Below are positions 11,281 to 24,500 of a DNA stretch of 64,000 bases, piece after piece; the stretch's first letter is position 1, and each line of letters opens with the position of its first letter. The stretch spans positions 38,945,590 through 39,009,589 of the forward strand of contig NC_092387.1 in the NCBI RefSeq assembly GCF_030028105.1, given 5' to 3'. A program made the translations under genes and the position numbers. The notes beneath the pieces are model-generated. The model made no database searches. It had not been told where the DNA came from and saw only the letters and a list, made by a program, of their open reading frames with translations. This stretch comes from Mobula birostris (Eukaryota).

Positions 11281-13412
11281 CCTATCAAAAGTATTCACCC
11301 CTTTGGAAGTTTTCATGTTTCATTGCTTTACAACATTGAATCATAGTGGATTTAATTTGGCTTTTTTGACACTGATCAACAGAAAAAGATTCTTTCTGGT
11401 CAAAGTGAAAACAGATCTCTACAGAGTGATCTAAATTAATTACAAATATAAAACACTAAATATTTGATTTCATAAGTAAGTACCCCCTTTCACCAAAGCA
11501 TCATTGGTGCAGCCAATTAGTTTTAGAAGTCACATAATCAGTTAAATGGAGATTACCATGTGCAGTCAAGGTGTTTCAATTGATTGTAGTAAAAATACAC
11601 CTGTATGTAGAAGATCCAAATGCCGGTAAGTCAATATCCTGGCCAAAAACTCACCATGAAGGAAAAAGACCATACCAGACAAATCCACGAAAAGGTTACT
11701 GAAAAGCACAAGTCAGGAGATGGGTACAGGAAAATTTCCAAGTCCCTTGAAGTACAGTTAATTCAGTCACCAAGAAATGGAAAGAATATGGCACTGCTGT
11801 AAATCTGCCTAGCAGGCTATCCTCAAAAACTGAGAGACCGTACAAGAAGTGGACTATTGAAGGAGGCTACCAAGAGACCTATGAAAACTCTGGAGGAGTC
11901 ACAAGCTTCAGTGGCTGAGATGGGAGAGACGCGCATACAACAGCTATTGTTCGGGTGCTTCACCAGTCGCATCTTTATGAGAGAGTGGCAAAGAGAAAGC
12001 CACTGCTAAAAAAAAACTCATGAAATCTTGGCTGGAGTTTACCAGAAGGCATGTGGGAAATTCTGAAGTCAGCTGGAAGAAATTTCTATGGTGTGACGAA
12101 ACCAAAATTGAGCTTTTTGGCCACCAGACTAAATGCTACGTTTGGCATAAGCCAAACACTGCACATCATCAAAGACACAACATCCCTACCATCAAGCAAG
12201 GTGGTGGCTGCATCATGCTGTGGGTTGCTTTACTGCGGCAGGCTCTGGAAGGCTTGTGAAGGTAGAGTGAAGAACGAATGCAGCAAAATACAGAGAAATC
12301 CTGGAGGAAGAAACTTGATGCAGTCTGAAAGAGAACTGCAACTTGGGAGAAGATATGTTTTTCAGCAAGACAATGACCTCAAGCATAAAACCAAAGCTAC
12401 ACAGGAATGGCTTAAAAACAACAAAGTTAATGTTCTTGAGTTGTCAAGTCAGAGTCCAGACCTCAATCCAATAAAGAATGTGTGGCTGGACTTGAAAAGG
12501 GCCGTTCACTCACGATCCCCATGCAACCTGACAGAGCTTGAGCTGATTTGTAGATACCTATCCACACAGACTCAAGGCTGTAATTGCTGTCAAAGGTGCA
12601 TCTAATAGATACTGACTTGAAGAGGGTGAATACTTATGCATTCAATTATTTTGTCTTTTATATCTGTGTAACACGCTGTAATGGTTTCTCTGTAATGTTC
12701 ACTGCTGAGGTAACGGTTTCTCTGTAGCAGCAATGTTTGGGTTATGGCTGGAGATAACAGAACTATGGTATGCATGTTAGCCAATCAGAATTTTGTTGCT
12801 CTGTCTTGTGAATCTGGAAGGAGGTTTTTCACGGGCTTTTGCCGGGGAGAGATGAGGAGAGAAGATGATAATGGAGAGATTTGGTAGACCGCCGGATGGG
12901 GTGGACTCGGAGCGAGGGTCTGAAGGGCAGCAACGATTGGAGGAGATCGATGGTGAACAATTGACTTATCAGTGAGCTCCAACTTTGCGCAACAGGCTGT
13001 TTAATAAGATTAGGCCCTTTTTTTCCTTTTATTTCATTTCTCTACTACCTATATAGTCAAAGGAAGAATTATAAAGCTTAATCGTTTAATCGCATATTGT
13101 GTACCGTTTGTTATTTCGGGGTACTGAGTTGTAACAGGGGACACATCGCGCAGCATCCCCCCAGATGAGATTTCTTAAGTTTGGCCAGGCCAGGGATTAT
13201 CACCCGCTATATTAAGCCGCTAGCCAAAGCGAGGGTTACATTTGTAATTAATTTGGGTCACTTTGTAGAAATCTGTTTTCACTTTGACATGAAAGAGTCT
13301 AATTCTGTTGATCAGTGTCAAAAAAGCCAAATTAAATCCACTGTGATTCAATGTTGTAAAACAATAAAACACAAACATTTCCAAGGGGTTTGAATACTTT
13401 TTATAGGCACTA
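11276..13412 (+). mobile_element. Tc1/mariner DNA transposon (IR/DR type), full length but defective
   Basis: TIRs of about 210 bp (tagtgcctatcaaaagtattcacccc...ggggtttgaatactttttataggcacta) flanked by TA. A frameshifted transposase runs from ATG 11656 to about 12615 with WCDETKIELF, FQQDND and SPDLNPI motifs. Confidence 0.93.
12667..13240. mobile_element. Solo LTR (574 bp) inserted in the right TIR of the Tc1 element
   Basis: TGTAAC...GTTACA termini with a 4-bp target duplication (TCTG/TTTG). It interrupts the TIR sequence ttttata-tttg-taatta. Confidence 0.8.
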
Positions 13413-13419
13413 TAGCAAT

Positions 13420-14110
13420 AAAGGCCACTATGCAATTTGCCTTCTTAATTACTATCCACATCTGCAAGCTAACATTTTATGTTTCAAGCACAGAAGATCT
13501 CCAAACTCCTACTATACATCACTGTTTGCAGTTTCCCTCCATTTAGATAATACCCTGTCTTCTGATTCCTGCTACCAAACTGCCTGACCTTACTTTATCT
13601 AAACTCTATTTCTAGGCTTTTGCCCAGTTGCTTAACCTACACCTATCCTGCAGAATCCAAATATCTTTATCACAGCATTCTCTCTCTCATCTATTTTCAT
13701 GTCATCTAAGTCAAACTTGGATACCTACATTCCACCCTCTCATTCCAGTCTTTAATTTAAAAAATAAATAATTGATGGCTGAGGACTGATCTTTAGGACA
13801 TTCCACGAGTTATGTTTTTCCAGTCTGAAATAGGTTCATTCATTTTGATTCTCAATTCCCAATACCATGAATGCTTCTATATTAGCTTTTTATACAGCAT
13901 CTTATCAAATGCCTTCTGAAAATCTAAATACACTACAGCTACAGATTCCCTTATTACCTGTAAACAATTGCAGCAAATTTGTTAAGCATGGCTTCCCTTT
14001 CATAAAGCAATGTTTGATTGCATTAATCCATTTAAATAGCAGCAAACTTTTTCTTGATTCTAGACTCCAGAATCTTTCCAATGACTGATGTTAAGCTAAC
14101 CACCCTTCTC
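13420..14110 (-). mobile_element. Highly decayed CR1-like LINE fragment
   Basis: Weak colinear similarity to the young CR1 at 50600-51350 (ttatcaaatgccttctgaaaatctaaata; catggcttccctttcataaa). Confidence 0.5.
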
Positions 14111-14174
14111 TAATCGTACATTCACAATTTTCCACATTGGTGCCCTGCTGGAAGATGGTTAGTTGGTGAGGTAC

Positions 14175-14822
14175 CATAAAACTTGAGGGAGGCTAATCTT
14201 ATGCCTTAATTTAAGAAGGGCTGCCGGGATAAGCCAGGGAATTTCAGGCAGATGAGACTAACATCAGAAATGGTAGAGTGAACGGCAGGTTCTACCTGCA
14301 TTTAGGACTAATTAGAGATATTCAGTATGACTTTGTGAGTGAAAAATCATGTCTTATGAATTTGATTTTGTTTTTTGAAGTGATGACCAACCAAGAGGAC
14401 TGGCAAGGGCAGGGCAGTAGAGATTGTCTCCATGGACTTTAGAAAGGTGCTACAAAAACTCTTGACAAGGTTTTGCGTGGTAGGCTGGTCTGGAAGTTGA
14501 GATCACATTTGATTCAGGATGAGCTAGCTAATCAGTCAAAAAATTGGCTTGAGATTAGGAGTCAGAGGGCAGTAGTGGAGGCTTTTTATTCAGATTTGTG
14601 GTCTGTGACCACTGGGGTGCCACGGGTGTTGATGCTGGGCCACAGTTATTTGTCATCTACAGTATATTAACAATCTGGATAAGAATGTAGTAAACATAGT
14701 TAAAAAGTCTACGTACAGTATGATATTAAAATTGGTAGTATAGTGAAGAGGTTTGTTAAAGACTACAACAGAATCTAGATCAACTGGGACAGCAGGCCAG
14801 AAAATACCAGAAGGAATTTAAC
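14175..14822 (+). mobile_element. CR1 LINE RT-domain fragment, degenerate
   Basis: aagaagggctgccgggataagccagggaa...aaatcatgtcttatgaatttgatt...atggactttagaaagg...gtgaccactggggtgcca, the CR1 RT motifs with stops and frameshifts. Confidence 0.75.
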
Positions 14823-14829
14823 TTTCACA

Positions 14830-17800
14830 CACAGGCTGGTAAGTTCAGTTAAGGTGAAGAGGGTTCCAGCTTCTACTACTATCTGTTCTGCTTGCAAATG
14901 TACAGTTTCAGGAAAATAAAACAAAAGACCTCAGAGCAATATTGCTGTAATGGACATCAAAATCGTTACATTCTTTGTTTCAGAATGTAAACATTCTGTC
15001 GCCTGCCATTCCAGATGCAGTGATACTGCTTGCAGGCTTCACAATTCACCACCAAAATAGGACTGATGTGTCTTTCAGAGACAGAGGAGGTGGAGTATGC
15101 TTTATGATTAACTCCTTGTGGTGCACAAATGTGGTGGTTCTGTCCCAGTCCTGCTCACCCATACCGGAACATCTAGTAATCAAGAGTCATCCATTTTATC
15201 TGCCACGGGAGTTTTCAGCCATCATCTTGGTAGCGGTGTACATTCCACCTCAGGCCCATGTCAAATTGGCTCGACGTAATCAACAGGCACATTGATGCTT
15301 TTCCTGTCATTTTGGGGGATTTTAACCAGGCACTTGAAAAAGTCCCTAAATAATTATCACCAGTGGAACCAACACATTGGACCACTGTTATACTACCATC
15401 AAAAATGCTTACCATGCCATCCTACACCCAAACTTTGGAAAGTCTGATCACCTGGCTACACTCCCTGACTATAGGCAGAGACTGAAGTTACAGCACCAGT
15501 AGAGAGGACCAAGATAGTATGGAAAAGGGAGGCAGAGGAACACTTACAGGACAGCTTTGAGTCGGTGGACTGGACAATATTCAGGGATTCATTTTTGAAT
15601 CTGAATGAATACAGCACAGATGTCACTGACTTCATTAAAACCTGTGTGCATGACTGTTTACCTAAGAGAATATACTGTAGATACCCAAATGAAAAGCTGT
15701 GGATGATGCAGGAGATTTGTAGTTGGCTGAGGGCTAGATCTGTGGCATTCAAGACTTGTGAATCAGGGCTACACAAGTAGGCCAGGAACGACTTACAGGG
15801 GGCTATCTCGAGAGCAAAACGACAATTCCGATGGAGATTAGAGGCAGAATCGGAACCACATCAACTCTGGCAGGGTTTGCAGGCCATTACTTCCTACAAA
15901 ACAAAGTGTAATATCATGAATGGTAGTGATGCTTCATTCCCAGATGAGCGCAATGCTTTTTATGCACGCTTTAAAAGGGAGAATAAAACTATAGCTATGA
16001 GGATACATTCAGTATCCAGTGACCCTGCGATCTCTGTCTCAGAGGCTGATGTCAGAACGTCTTTCAAGAGGGTGAACCCTCATAAGGTGACAGGCGATGA
16101 TGCACCTGGTAGGACCCTGAAAACCTACCAACCAACTAGTGGGTGTGTTCAAATACAATTTCAATTTCTCTTTGGTACAGTTGGAAGTTCCCACCTGCTT
16201 CAAAAGAGCAACTTTCATACCAGTGCCCAAGAGGAGCAGGGGTAAGCTGCCTTAACATCTATCTTCTAGTAGCACTCACATCTATGGTGATGAAGTGCTT
16301 TGAGAGGTTGGTTATGGCTAGAATCAACTCCAGCCTAAGCAAAGATCTGGACCCACTGCAATTTGTCTACCACAACAATAGGTCTACCGTACATGAGATC
16401 TCATTGGCTCTTCACATGGCCTTGGATTACCTGGACACTACTAATACTTACGTCAGGCTGCTGTTTATTGGCCATAGTTCAGTGTTTAACACAATCACTC
16501 CTACAGTTCTGATCAAAAAGCACCAGAACCTGGGCCTCTGGATCCTCGACTTCCTCACCGGAAGACCACAGTCTGTGCGGATTGGAAATAACACCTCCAC
16601 CTCACTGATAATCAACATTGGCACACCTCAAAGATGTGTTCTTAGCCCACTGCTCTACTCTCTCTACACTGATGATAGTGTATGCAGAGCCTAAATGCTA
16701 TTTATAAATTTGCTGATGACACAACTGTTGTTGGCAGAATTTCAGATGGCGACAAGAAGGTGTATGGGATAGATCAGCTGGTTGAGTGGTGTCGCAGCCA
16801 CAACCTTGCACTCAATGTTAGTAAGACTAAAGAATTGATTGTGGACTTCAGAAAGGGTAAGGCAAGGGAACACGCACTTGTCCTCATCAAGGGATCAGAA
16901 GTGGAAAGGGTGAGCAATTTCAGGTTCCTGGATGTCAATATCCCTGAGGATCTATCCTGGGCCCAACATATCGATGAAGTTACAAAGAAAGCACAACAGT
17001 GGCTATATTTTTTTATTTGGAGTTTGAGAAGATTGTATGCTACCAAAGGCACTCAGAAATTTCTACAGATGTACCATGGAGAGCATTCTGCATCACTGTC
17101 TGCTATGGGGAGAGGGGGGCACTGCACAGGATCAAAATAAGCTGCAGAAAGTTGTAAATTCAGACAGCTCCATCATGGGTACCAGCCTCACCAGCATCCT
17201 GAACAACTTAAGGAGTGATGCCTCAAAAATGCAGCATCTATCATTAAACCCATCTGCCAGGACATACCCTCTTCTCATTTGTACCATCAGGGAGGAGGTA
17301 CGGGAGCCCGAACACACACACTCAATTATTTCAGGAACAGCTTCTTCCCCTCTACCATCAGATTTCTGAATGGACATTGAATCCATGAACACAATCTCAC
17401 TATTTCTTTCTCTTTTTGAACTACATTTAACATTTATGTATGTGTGTATATATACATATATAACATAAAGTAATTGATTGCATAAGTATTCACCCCATAC
17501 AAGTCAGTATTTAGTAGATGCACCTTTGGCAGCAATTACAGCTTTGAGTCTGTGTGGATAGGTCTCTAGCAGCTTTGAACATCTGGACACTGCAATTTTT
17601 CCCCCATTCTTCTTTACAACACTGATCAAGTTCTGTCAGATTGCATAGGGATCACGAGTGACCAGCCCTTTTCAAATCCAGCCACAAATTCTCAATTGGA
17701 TTGAGGCCTGGACTCTGACTTGCCCAATTAAGAACATTAACTTTGTTGTTTTTAAGCCATTCCTGTGCAGCTTTGGCTTTATGCTTGGGGTCATTGTCTT

Positions 17801-18812
17801 GCTGGAAAACAAATCTCCCAAGTCGCAATTCTCTTGCAGACTGATTCAGGTTTTCCTCAATGATTTCCCTGTATTTTACTGCATTCATTTTATGCCCTAC
17901 CTTGACAAACCTTCCAGGGTCTGCTGCAGTGAAGAATCCCCACAGCATGATGCAGCCACCACCATGCTTCATGTTAGACATGGTGTGTTTTTGATGATGT
18001 GAGGTGTTTGGCTTACGCCAGATGTAGTGTTTAGTCTGATGGCCAAAAAGTTCAATTTTGGTTTCATCAGACCACAGAACCTTCTTCCAGCTGACTTCAG
18101 AGTCTTCCACATGCCTTCTAGCAAACTCTAGCCAAGATGTCATGTGAGCTTTTTCCAACAGTGGCTTTCTCTTTGTCACTCTCCCATAAAGTTGCAACTG
18201 ATGAAACACCGAGGCAACAGTTGTTGTATGTGCAGTCTCTCCCATCTCAGCCACTGAAGCTTGTGACTCCTCCAGAATTGTCATAGATCTCTTGGTGGCC
18301 TCCCTCACTAGTCCCCTTCTTGTACGGTCACTCAGTATTTGAGTACGGCCTGCTTTAGACAGATTTACAGCTGTGCCATATTATTTCCATTTCTAGTGTA
18401 CTTTTACTACAACCAAATGAAACATCTTGACTGCACACAGGTCTCCAAAAACAGATCTCCATTTAACTAATTATGTGACTTCTAAAACCAGTTGGCTGCA
18501 CCAGTCATGATTTGGTGTTTCATATTAAAGGGGGTGAATACTTATGCAATCAATTATTTTGTGTTTTATATTTGTAACTAATTTAGATCACTTCGTAGAG
18601 ATCTGCTTATCACTTTGACATGAAGTAAACTTTTTTCTGTTGGTCAGTGTCAAAAAAGCCAAAATAAACCCATGGTGATTCAATATTGTAAAACAATAAA
18701 ACCATGCAAACTTCTTACTGTAATTTACAGCTTTTATTATTATGTATTACAATGTTCTGCTGCCATATTACAACAAATTTCATGACACACGCCAGTGATA
18801 TTAAACCTGATT
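14830..18812 (+). mobile_element. Rex1/Babar-clade LINE (endonuclease + RT), frameshifted; 3' UTR interrupted by a Tc1 copy
   Basis: Fragments [55 protein letters not shown] and KFADDTTVVG. The 3' UTR resumes at about 18714 and ends gatattaaacctgattc. Confidence 0.87.
17460..18714 (-). mobile_element. Tc1/mariner transposon (DD34E), second copy of the same family, internally deleted with truncated ends
   Basis: ORF 17652-18308 has WSDETKIELF and FQQD-34 residues-E (NPIENLW). The TIR sequence at 18530-18714 matches that of 11276-13412. Confidence 0.92.
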
Positions 18813-19111
18813 CTTAATCTGGTGGGAGAGTACAGAGTTTATGAGAAACAGAGGGAAATGGGTATCTAATTCATAACTACAAAACACTAGTGCATAGGTA
18901 TAGCAAATATTTCCAAAGTTGTCAATCTGCAACATCATATCTATTTTTTCTTTGAAAATTCTGCAGCATGTTTGCACAATTTCTACTAAAATTAACAAAG
19001 AACATTTGAATAATACAGTAATAAATTCACTTCAATAGTAACAATTTAAAAATCAAAAGAAAGAATATGACACACAGTGTGAATCTATTTCTGCAGAATG
19101 TGGCTTGTTAA

Positions 19112-19350
19112 TTTTATTTTTATTTATTTAGAGATACAGTGAGCCGTGCTGCCCAGCAACCCCCGATTTAACCCTAGCCTAATCACAGGACAATTTACAA
19201 TAACCAATTAACCTACTAAACTGTACACCTTTGAAATGTGTGAAGAAACTGGAGGAAACCCACGAGCACATGGGAAGAATGTACAAATTTTCCTAGAAGA
19301 TGCTAGAACTGAACTCCAAACTCTGATGCCCAGAACTCAAAAGGTGCCAC
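19112..19350 (-). mobile_element. tRNA-derived SINE (same family as 3765-4005)
   Basis: tttatttatttagagatacag...cagcaacccccgatttaaccctagcctaatcacaggacaatttacaat. Confidence 0.7.
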
Positions 19351-19639
19351 AGTAATAGGTGCTTAATAGTTCATACCGACTCCTTGTTACTACTTATGTT
19401 CCACAAAAGCCCCCTTCAATATCCATGATACTTTAGCTCATCTAACAGCAGACATATCTGTTCCTTTCACAGAAATCTTTTGAACTACTATTACAACTGC
19501 CCACCAAATTAATCACTTAATAATAACAACTGTAAAAAGCATGACATATTGACAAGAAAATTATTAAATATAGCCATAAAAAATTCCATGATATGTATTT
19601 GTGAAGGAGTTTCCATCTTATTCTTGGAAAGAATGAATG

Positions 19640-19925
19640 TTGTGAGGCTATCCTGTTGAAGAGTCTAGAACTAAGTACAATGCCTCAAGATAAGGGATCA
19701 GTCATTTAGGGCCAAGAAGCGGAGAACTTACTTTTTACAGAGGACTGTTAATCTTTGTAGTTCTCTAACTCAGGGAGCTGTGGATGCAATGATTATATTT
19801 GAAGCTGAAATTGTTGAATGTTTGTCCATGTTGAGGTTATGGAGATTTGACAGGAAAGTGGAAGAGGCCAAAAAGCAGCCTCGATCTAACTGACTGGGGA
19901 TTTGGGCTTGAGCTGCTATGCAACT
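19640..19925 (+). mobile_element. Decayed CR1 3' fragment
   Basis: gagtctagaact...ctcaagataaggg...tttttacagagg...aatctttgtagttctcta, the CR1 ORF2 end. Confidence 0.55.
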
Positions 19926-20706
19926 TAAAATTAATGTTCCTGTGATCTTACTTTATCATGGAACCCAGATTTCTCTGAGACATTTACAGTTGCAGTTCGT
20001 GCAATCTTCAGAACCATCTGCAGCTAAAGCAACAAGTACAGTTTCTAGCAAGCTTATATCTTCCCATATCTCTTAGTCTAAGCAAATACACATAAAACCT
20101 TCCTTTCCTGACAATATCTAACAAAGTTTATCTTTGTGTAGAAGATTTTGTTGAGTATGATACGTGCTTAATACTGAAGTCTAAGAACTGGTTTCCAAGA
20201 AACCAAGAAAAACTGAATTTTTAAAAAATCAATAATAGAAAAGTATTTGCACTTCAAAATACAAGCAGAGAGAAAAATGTCCCTTCACTGGAAATTCTGC
20301 ATGCTTAAAAAATTTCTCCCTGTTTTTGCACTAAACCACTAATTTATTATTGCCTGTGTAACTTATTCACAAAATATGCTGTGCTTACATTGACAGTAAA
20401 ATTATGCCTTTTTGTGACAATAAGTATTTTTTAGTCATAAAATGTTTAAAAGGTTTGACCTCTCATCATGGCAAGTATTGATGAATAATCGATTATTTAC
20501 TTCACATATTTCATTGCTTCCATTTTGTTATTTTGCATACATAATTTGTAAGTTAATTTTTGTGATAAAATATCAACTAGATGAATAATCAATGATGTAA
20601 CAGACTTAACAGCTTCAGGATCAGTATGAATTGCACTAACTACAGTAATATTATATTTCTACTGATTTCACTTGGGCTCAAGTACACTGCAAACGCATTC
20701 TAACAA

Positions 20707-21541
20707 TTCAAAGATTCAAAGTACACTTATCATCAAAGTATGTATACAGAATACATATCTGAGATTTGTCCTCCTGTAGGCAGCCACGAAACAAAGAAAC
20801 GCCATGGAACCCATTCAAAGAAAGCATAAAGCAGCCAACATGTAAAAAAGGAACAAATTGCACAAACGGCAAAAGGTGAGCTAACACCATGTAGAGTATC
20901 AATATCAATCCAGGAGTCCAGTAATATCCAGATTAATTCAGTTCAGCTTTGTGCCACTAGCCAACTGCAGGCTGCAGAGCCAAGTCTTCGCTGAGGCGCC
21001 CTAGTCCGTTCAAAACCACTCAAAAACAGCAGAAAGCGAAACCAAAATCCAGAAATACATGCAACATGAATCTAGAAGTCCCCTGAAATGAGTCCAGAGC
21101 CATGACCCTCACCAATTAATCCTTGCAATGTGGAACACAAGACTCCTGTGCTTTCCTCAAACAGCATCTATGCAAGAAGACTAGTCAAGCACATGCACAC
21201 AGTGGCAAACTTCAGCCTGTCCTCCGCTCTAGTCTTTGTTGACTTCAGCCTTGCTTAGCGCCCCAACTGGAAAGAAGCAATGGAGTCAATGATGGGCTTA
21301 CCTCCCACGTCCAGGCTGCCAGGCCGCACGCAACATTCCCAGCCTCACCAAAATCCTTCAGAGACAGCCAAGTGCCAGATTGCTCAATCGGCCCAAAAAC
21401 ACACCATCAAGATGTTAGTCACAGGTTCCAACTGCATGCAGGTTAGTAGTGGAATCATACTTGAAAGAAGAAAAAGAAGTAGTTCTGTGAACTGTCTGAG
21501 GAAATCGCCGTTAGTTGCGTTGTTCGCTGGCGCATTCTTGA
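20707..21541 (-). mobile_element. Non-autonomous retroelement of about 0.8 kb (copy 2) with a (TTCAAAGA)n tail
   Basis: Homologous to 8735-9545 and carries a LINE-type tandem tail. Confidence 0.72.
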
Positions 21542-24500
21542 ACACAAAAAATGTTCTAATCTTGATTTCACCCAATATTTAGATACAGTATATGGGGGCA
21601 AATTTCCTCTGGACCTGTCTTTACCTATTGCTGTAACATTGCAAAAATTTCATCTCATCTCACTGGGGATTTCCAGCCAGCAATCAAAAATTTAACCTGA
21701 TGTTTCCCATAAGCACTTAGGCCATTTAATCACCTTGATCTTGTTGCACTCACATAGCATATCTGCAGAAAAACAACACAAGGCATTTCACAGAACTACA
21801 TGGAAAAAATGAACACAAACAAAGAAGGTACCGTTCGATGATTAGTCTGAGTTAGTCTTGAGGAGGGCCTGAAAGGAAGGTATTCTTTACGAAATATCAA
21901 TTTACTAAGTCACATACAGGTTCATCAAAATACAAGAAGACCTATTTCCGTTTCAAAACATGGTGCTGAAGGACAGAAGTGTAACCTGAAGATTGGAGGA
22001 AGATACATCTAAGCAATCTGCCAGCGAATGCTGCTTATTTCCCTGTCATTCAATACACAGCTATCAGTGGCTGAGTAATATCTTTGCTGCAGGTGAATTC
22101 ACCTCTGACTCCCACATCTGCCCACTTAAATTCTCAAGAAGTCAGGTATGAAAACCCCTCCTAAACCTGTGCAAAAGGACAGGCCTGAGAACTCATGTTG
22201 GAGATCTCATTTCATTCTAAGCTCTGGAGCCCAGTATTGTGACCCACTTTCAGCCATCTAGATTCTGCTGTCTCACCAACGTGAGCACACAGTCTTCGAT
22301 AGATCTTCCCGGTTACAAGCGATTTTTAGTGAAGCAAACCCCTTCCACTCCCCAGTGACGTGTGCCTTGTAAAAGACAGGCAGGGACTCTGTGTCTTAAT
22401 AGTTGCCAAAAGCACTGTAAAACTAGTAGTAAAATCACATTCTGATTAATTACTCAATTAATTGTTTCACTGAGTATAATTTCATGTATATTTAAAAGTG
22501 CAACAGCTAGGTTCTGGTACTTAATTAAAACTGATGTTTCTAAAATATCCAGTAACTAAGTAGGATACTTCTAGACAAATTGACCAGGCATGGGATATGC
22601 ATGTCAGTTCAATGAATCCTTTCTTGACAGTTTACAAGGAACACAGGTTCAAAGTGACCAGATTTTCATACCCTGCTGTTGAACTCAGCCTAGTTTCTCG
22701 CTGGGGATTCATTGCCTCCACTATAAACCACATAAAAGGTTTAAATGTGCTATATTCTACTAAATAATTTGACATGTATAAAATTCCACAAGCAAAAACT
22801 GCTGGAAATACACAATGTCGCAAGTTGTTCAATTCTGAAAAAAAGGATAGATTAACATTTCAGAGAAAAGATGCTAACAAAGTCATTAATTGTTTCATTT
22901 AACAAACTACTGTACTTTCTTATACCTTGATCTGATACTTCATCAATTGTCCTCTATGAAATTTAAAACTGATAACATTTTTGCTTTTCTTTTAATCTTT
23001 AAGAATTAAATCTGAAATTTTGTGATGACAGAGTAAGCTATTCCAGAATCTCTCTGGCCTCCGTCCATGCTCAATGCCTCCTTCTCTACCACTCAGTACC
23101 AGGCCCACTCAGTACAATATTATACCGTTATTATCAGGAGCATCTATCTTCCTTAATGTCAGTTCCAGTAGCAGAATGTGCCACTCATATATTATCAGTA
23201 ACCCTTTCTTAATTTTACTGCAGCTTCACCTTCTCTCACACTGTGCCATTGCCAGGGTTTGTTCCTTGTTGATGCATTACAATACCATAGTCAGTCTCAT
23301 TTCCAACTCTTTCATACAGTATATTCACTGAATGTCATAGTAGCTTTGTCTATACCAATAATACCTCACAGTTACAGTGGGTGTCAGATTCCACTCCAGA
23401 ACCAGGATGCATAATCTCCACAACAATCCAGGGCAACACTGCTACTTCATCAATTTAAACTTGTGGAGTAGACTGTTAGCTAAAACACAATCAAATAGTT
23501 CAGAAACACGTCAAATTGCCTTGATACAATCCTAAAAAGAATTGGATGTTGTTTTATTTTCCATACTTGCTAGCTGAGAACAATTACTATTTTGCAAGGT
23601 AATTAAATGCAAAGCACTTTGAGATGCTTCTGACAGATGTAATAATATGCTATTTAAATTCATACCTTTTATCTTTTCAGTGCCATGGATTCTTCTATTC
23701 AATGTTAGATTACAACACTCTGTCCCGCTCCACCCACACCATTAGGACTACTCATATAGAGCATCTTCCACTCAGTATTTCAACAAGTCCCAGTTCTCTC
23801 CTATCTAGTGTTACCTTCATTCTTCACTCAGTCATTTCCACCTTCGGAGACAAAAATATTTCAACCTTGCTATAGATTCACTAGGTTTACTTTTGTTATT
23901 TACATACTGTATGTGGAGATCACCGGCAAATTTAGAGCATTTATTTGCTTTTGAGAAAGTGATGGTAAAGCACCATTTTAACTGCTGCAATCTGTTTAAT
24001 TATAGTCTCCCAAAATGTTGTAGGATTGAAAGTTTGAGTATTTAGACTCAGCAACAATAAAGAATAAGAGTATATGATTAAGTCAGAATCACGCCCGTCT
24101 TGGAGGGGAATATGATGGCATTCCAATATACCTGTGGCCCTTGCCCCTTCCCCCAGATATAAAGGTTGTGAGTTTGTGAGATTGTCAAAGAATCAGGGCC
24201 ACACTTTACTGCTCAGATAAAAAGATACACCAGATACAGATTCATAGTCTTGGCTGGGTAATTTACTTGCTGTCTTCCTTACTCAGCCAAGTGTTCCTTA
24301 ATAGTACTGCCTTTCTTATTCAATGCCAGTACCGATATTTCCCATCCATTGCTGTTAGTAAGGTTGCTTATTCAATAGCACCATCTGAATTTTTCCCCAC
24401 ACAGCTCCACTTAGAAGACTTTGTTTGAGCGAGAAACATACTCTGATTTTACATACCGTAACTATACTTTCAATATCACCAAAATCTAAGGTCTTTCATG

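Noticed and set aside
17652-18308. Domesticated transposase gene
   Set aside because: The N-terminal DNA-binding region is deleted, there is a premature stop, and TIR remnants plus a second decayed copy indicate an ordinary dead transposon.
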